From Thermodesulfobium acidiphilum (GTDB taxonomy: Bacteria; Thermodesulfobiota; Thermodesulfobiia; Thermodesulfobiales; Thermodesulfobiaceae), in assembly GCF_003057965.1 (NCBI RefSeq), contig NZ_CP020921.1, forward strand, positions 62,001 through 126,000: 64,000 nucleotides of DNA, written 5' to 3'. Under the pieces are notes generated by a model. It was not told where the DNA came from. It was given only the letters and a program-made list of their open reading frames with translations, and did no database searches. Position numbers and translations under genes: made by a program. Shown piece after piece: positions 60,220-64,000 of the stretch; within the stretch, counting starts at the first letter, position 1, and each line of letters begins with the position of its first letter.

Positions 60220-61374
60220 GTGAGGGGCTATTTATTGAATAGTCGCAGGTTAACGCTATTTTTGTCATTATTATTCATAGCTATATTTAGTTTATTTATC
60301 TCTGGGTGCTCGCGGATAGGCCCTGTAGCTTCTTCATTAAAAATTGCTGTTATAGTTCCTCTCTCGGGGGAGTTTTCTCAGATTGGAGAAGAGGAGAGAA
60401 ACGGTGCACTCCTTGCCATAGAGGATGCCAATGCCAATGGGGGAGCATTTGGCAGAAAGTTTGAGCTTGTCCAGATGGACGATAAGGACGATCCAGTAGA
60501 ATCTGCCATAATTGCTCAAAAAATCTGTGCTGATTCCTCTATCCTTGGCGTTGTTGGAGGGGTAAATGCAGGAGATACTATACCGTCAGCTAAGATCTAT
60601 GCAAAGAACAACGTAGTAATGGTAACACCCTCTACTACCAGCACAGAGCTTACCAGCAAGGGTTATTATAGTGTCTTTAGGATCTGTGCTAGCGATGTCC
60701 TGGAGGGTCCCTATGCGGCTAATTTTATAGTTAGCAATTTAAAATTCAAGCGAGTTGCAATAATTGAAGACAATAGTGCTTATGCAAAAGAGCTAACAGA
60801 TTCTTTTAAAAGCGAGTTTTTGAAACTTGGGGGGACAGTTCTTATAGAAGAGAAAATCTCTCAGGGCGATAAGGATTTCAAGGCTCCTCTCGAAAAGATA
60901 AAGGCTCTTAACCCCCAGGTAGTTTATTTTGCAGGAATGTATCCAGAGTGTGCCCAAATCATAAAAGAGGCAAAGGAAATGGGAATAAAATCATCATTTT
61001 TTGGTGCTAACGGCATAAAGGATACTGAATTTATAAAAGTTGCAGGCATAGCTTCAGAGGGTACAATGGCTACATCAGTTGGATTTTCTCTAAACAAGAT
61101 TTTAAAAGGACCTGACTTTGTTCAGAGATATAGAAATGAATTTAAGAAGGATCCAACTGACTACTCGGTCTTTGCATATGACGCAACTCTTTCTATAATA
61201 GACGCTATCAAATTAGCAGGCAATCCGGATAGGGCTACCCTTGCAAACGCGATGCATAATCTGAAATTTGATGGTATATTAGGTAGTACTTCTTTTGATA
61301 AGGAGGGTAACACTACTAACAATCTTATTAACGTCTATGTGGTAAAAAACGGCAATTGGGTAAGTTTCAACTAA
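60220..61374 (+). CDS. livK: Branched-chain amino acid ABC transporter substrate-binding lipoprotein
   Basis: Lipobox ISGC, PLSG, DD..DP and AYDA motifs; liv operon context. Confidence 0.88.
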   Translation: MRGYLLNSRRLTLFLSLLFIAIFSLFISGCSRIGPVASSLKIAVIVPLSGEFSQIGEEERNGALLAIEDANANGGAFGRKFELVQMDDKDDPVESAIIAQKICADSSILGVVGGVNAGDTIPSAKIYAKNNVVMVTPSTTSTELTSKGYYSVFRICASDVLEGPYAANFIVSNLKFKRVAIIEDNSAYAKELTDSFKSEFLKLGGTVLIEEKISQGDKDFKAPLEKIKALNPQVVYFAGMYPECAQIIKEAKEMGIKSSFFGANGIKDTEFIKVAGIASEGTMATSVGFSLNKILKGPDFVQRYRNEFKKDPTDYSVFAYDATLSIIDAIKLAGNPDRATLANAMHNLKFDGILGSTSFDKEGNTTNNLINVYVVKNGNWVSFN

Positions 61375-61395
61375 TATGAGGGGAGTGATTTTACA

Positions 61396-62304
61396 ATTTT
61401 TTTACAACAGCTTGTAAATGGAGTAACTTTGGGTTCTGTGTATGCCCTGATTGCATTGGGCTATACTATGGTTTATGGGATACTTGAACTTATCAACTTT
61501 GCACACGGAGAGATCTTTATGATGGGGTCTTTTTTTGGTCTACTTTTCTGGTGGATATTGGAGATGACAGGTCTTTCAAAGGTTATACCTATTCCACTTG
61601 CTATCTTTCTGATGTTTATATTTTCTATGATCGCCACAGCTTTCCTGGGAGCTCTTCTGGAGTTTATTGCATATCGTCCACTAAGGAGTGTGACAAACAG
61701 GCTCATACCCTTGATCAGTGCCCTTGGTGCATCAATTTTTTTGCAAAATTTTGCTATGCTTACGTTTGGTTCTACAAATAGGGTGTATCCTGCAATATTT
61801 CCAGATGTTGGGTGGAATCTGTTTCACGCGAGGATAAGCCTGATACAGATATTTATTTTTATTACGTGTATTCTAATAATGGCAGGCTTAACCGTTCTTG
61901 TAAACAAGACAAAGCTAGGTAGATCTATGAGAGCTGTAGCACAGGACTATGTTACAGCAAGCTTGATGGGTATAAGGGTCAATAGAATTATTACAATTAC
62001 CTTTATGATAGGTTCATCCTTAGCTGCTGCTGCTGGAGTGATGTATGGAATGTACTACGGAGTTGCAAAATTTGATATGGGATATCTTGCTGGCTTGAAG
62101 GCTTTTACGGCCGCTGTGCTTGGTGGGATAGGTAACATACCTGGCGCTATGCTTGGTGGCTTTTGTCTTGGTATTATAGAGAGCTTTGGTGCTGGTTATA
62201 TTTCTTCTGAATATAAAGATATGTTTGCTTTTCTTATGCTTTTATTCATCTTGCTACTTAGACCTTCTGGTCTCTTAGGCCAGCAGGTACCAGATAAAGT
62301 ATGA
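61396..62304 (+). CDS. livH: Branched-chain amino acid ABC permease LivH (probable ATT start)
   Basis: FLQQLVNGVTLGSVYALIALGYTMVYGIL..INFAHGE and KAFTAAVLGGIG motifs. Confidence 0.9.
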   Translation: MFLQQLVNGVTLGSVYALIALGYTMVYGILELINFAHGEIFMMGSFFGLLFWWILEMTGLSKVIPIPLAIFLMFIFSMIATAFLGALLEFIAYRPLRSVTNRLIPLISALGASIFLQNFAMLTFGSTNRVYPAIFPDVGWNLFHARISLIQIFIFITCILIMAGLTVLVNKTKLGRSMRAVAQDYVTASLMGIRVNRIITITFMIGSSLAAAAGVMYGMYYGVAKFDMGYLAGLKAFTAAVLGGIGNIPGAMLGGFCLGIIESFGAGYISSEYKDMFAFLMLLFILLLRPSGLLGQQVPDKV

Positions 62305-63323
62305 TGAACATCAGATTTAGAAGAAGGATTAAAAACGTCGCAAGATTTTGGAACAACCTGGATATGCGCCTTAAGTGGGGTATACTTTTTGTGATTGCTA
62401 TTGTTTATCCATTTCTTGCTTCGTCTCAATATTATGTTCACATTATGAATCTTGCTTTTATCTATGTGGTCCTGTCTTTGGGGCTAAACATCGTATGCGG
62501 TTTGGCAGGGCTTTTAGATTTAGGATTTATAGCCTTTTATGCTGTAGGAGCTTATACCTATGCAATTTTATCAATTAAGCTTGGCTTAAGCTTTTGGGAA
62601 ATATTGCCGATTGCCTGTTTAACAACAGCTCTTTTTGGGCTCTTAGTTGGTTCTGCTGCTTTCAGGCTCAGAGGCGACTACTTTGCAATTGTTACTATGG
62701 GATACGGTGAAATAATTAGAATTCTTGCAAATAACCTTACTTTCCTGACAAATGGCCCAATAGGAATAGCGGGTATCCCCAGGCCAACTCTCTTTGGTTT
62801 CAAATTTGAAGACCCGTTTCAGTATTATTTTCTTGCACTTTCTTTTGTTGCTATTTCAATATTCTTAACCTATAGGTTTCAGGCATCAAGGATAGGGAGA
62901 GCTCTCGAAGCTATAAGAGAGGATGAAATTGCAGCTGTTTCTATGGGTGTAAACCTTAAAAATTTTAAATTAATCTCTTTTATAATAGGGGCAATGCTGG
63001 GCGGCTCTATAGGAGTCTTTTTCGCAAGCTATGCTACTTTTGTATCTCCTGAGAGCTTTAGCTTTATGGAATCAGTTATGGTTCTTGCTATGGTGGTAAT
63101 CGGAGGTATGGGCACTATAGAGGGTCCAGTAATAGGCGCTCTTATTCTTGTCTTTTTGCCTGAGGCCCTGAGGAGCCTCTCTGATTACAGGATGCTTATA
63201 TTTGGCGCTCTTATGGTATTTATGATGATCGTAATGCCAAAGGGCTTTATGGGGTGGATAAAGCCAAGGAGAATTTTAAAGGTTGCAGAGGAGGAAAATT
63301 CTTTTGTTACTAGAGATTTCTAA
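62301..63323 (+). CDS. livM: Branched-chain amino acid ABC permease LivM
   Basis: GLLDLGFIAFYAVGAY, RLRGDYFAIVTMGYGEI, AIREDEIAA. Confidence 0.92.
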   Translation: MMNIRFRRRIKNVARFWNNLDMRLKWGILFVIAIVYPFLASSQYYVHIMNLAFIYVVLSLGLNIVCGLAGLLDLGFIAFYAVGAYTYAILSIKLGLSFWEILPIACLTTALFGLLVGSAAFRLRGDYFAIVTMGYGEIIRILANNLTFLTNGPIGIAGIPRPTLFGFKFEDPFQYYFLALSFVAISIFLTYRFQASRIGRALEAIREDEIAAVSMGVNLKNFKLISFIIGAMLGGSIGVFFASYATFVSPESFSFMESVMVLAMVVIGGMGTIEGPVIGALILVFLPEALRSLSDYRMLIFGALMVFMMIVMPKGFMGWIKPRRILKVAEEENSFVTRDF

Positions 63324-64000
63324 TGTTACCAAACAATTTGGAGGGCTTATAGCTGTAAATGACGTTTCTATGGAAGTTAATGAGGGGGAGATAGTTTCTG
63401 TTATAGGGCCTAATGGTGCCGGTAAGACAACGCTCTTTAACTGTGTTACAGGTGTGTATACACCAGAGAAGGGGAAGATCCTCTATAAAAAGGATGGGGT
63501 GGTAAGAAATATTGTAGGAATTCCTGCTCACAAGATTGCATATCTTGGCATATCAAGAACTTTTCAAAACATCAGGCTTTTTAAAAATATGACAGTTCTT
63601 GAAAATGTACTTGTTGGCAGACATTCAAAATTGAAGTCTAAAGTGTGGGAAATACTTTTGACCCTGCCTGCTTTTATAAGAGAAGAGAAGGAAAGCGTAA
63701 GACTTGCAAGAAACCTATTAGATTTTGTGGGTTTGTTAAATAGAGAATCGGAGATCTCAGTAAACTTGCCATATGGACTTCAAAGAAAGCTTGAGATAGC
63801 AAGAGCTTTAGCATCTGAACCGAAGATACTTTTACTTGATGAGCCTGCTGCAGGAATGAATCCGTCAGAGACTGAAGAACTTATAAGGTTAATTAAAAAG
63901 ATTAGAGAAATGGGGGTAACCATAATTCTAATAGAACATGATATGTCTCTTGTTATGAGACTCTCAGAAAAGATTATTGTATTAGATTTTGGGCAAAAGA
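63304..64000 (+). CDS. livG: Branched-chain amino acid ABC ATPase LivG (runs off window end)
   Basis: TTG 63304 after GAGGAGG; KQFGGL, GPNGAGKTT, RTFQNIRLF, LLDEPAAG. Confidence 0.92.
   Translation, partial: MLLEISNVTKQFGGLIAVNDVSMEVNEGEIVSVIGPNGAGKTTLFNCVTGVYTPEKGKILYKKDGVVRNIVGIPAHKIAYLGISRTFQNIRLFKNMTVLENVLVGRHSKLKSKVWEILLTLPAFIREEKESVRLARNLLDFVGLLNRESEISVNLPYGLQRKLEIARALASEPKILLLDEPAAGMNPSETEELIRLIKKIREMGVTIILIEHDMSLVMRLSEKIIVLDFGQK

Overview
AT-rich bacterial chromosome segment from an anaerobic, diderm, Firmicutes-like organism. This is inferred from an SLH+beta-barrel OmpM-type protein, a GT9 heptosyltransferase-type gene, sigmaA-type promoters and frequent TTG/GTG starts; a Thermodesulfobium-like lineage is a guess. 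The left 39 kb is accessory and redox-rich: cfa (partial), TSUP, MgtC, peroxiredoxin, a LonC-type protease, a foreign-looking membrane gene with an IS21 relic, an sbcDC-U32-small peptide-PPK2 operon, DoxD/TQO, a decayed Rpn gene, a narG-narH-narK-narJ-narI-flavodiiron operon behind an FNR-type box, a ferredoxin, fixABCX, an acyl-CoA synthetase, an ArsP/thioredoxin pair and three tRNAs. The right 25 kb is housekeeping: gltBD, efp-accBC-nusB-hisF-purBC-ispH-der-plsY-gpsA-HU, ompM and liv. The most interesting signals are: (1) a ~215-nt structured ompM leader with a boxB/boxA-like element, a decoy SD and an anti-SD able to pair with the real RBS; (2) an EF-P with RKAQG in place of KPGKG; (3) two divergent genes that must overlap at their 5' ends; (4) NarG substitutions at conserved residues; (5) unannotated translationally coupled mini-ORFs. 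All calls come from reading the sequence; no searches were run.
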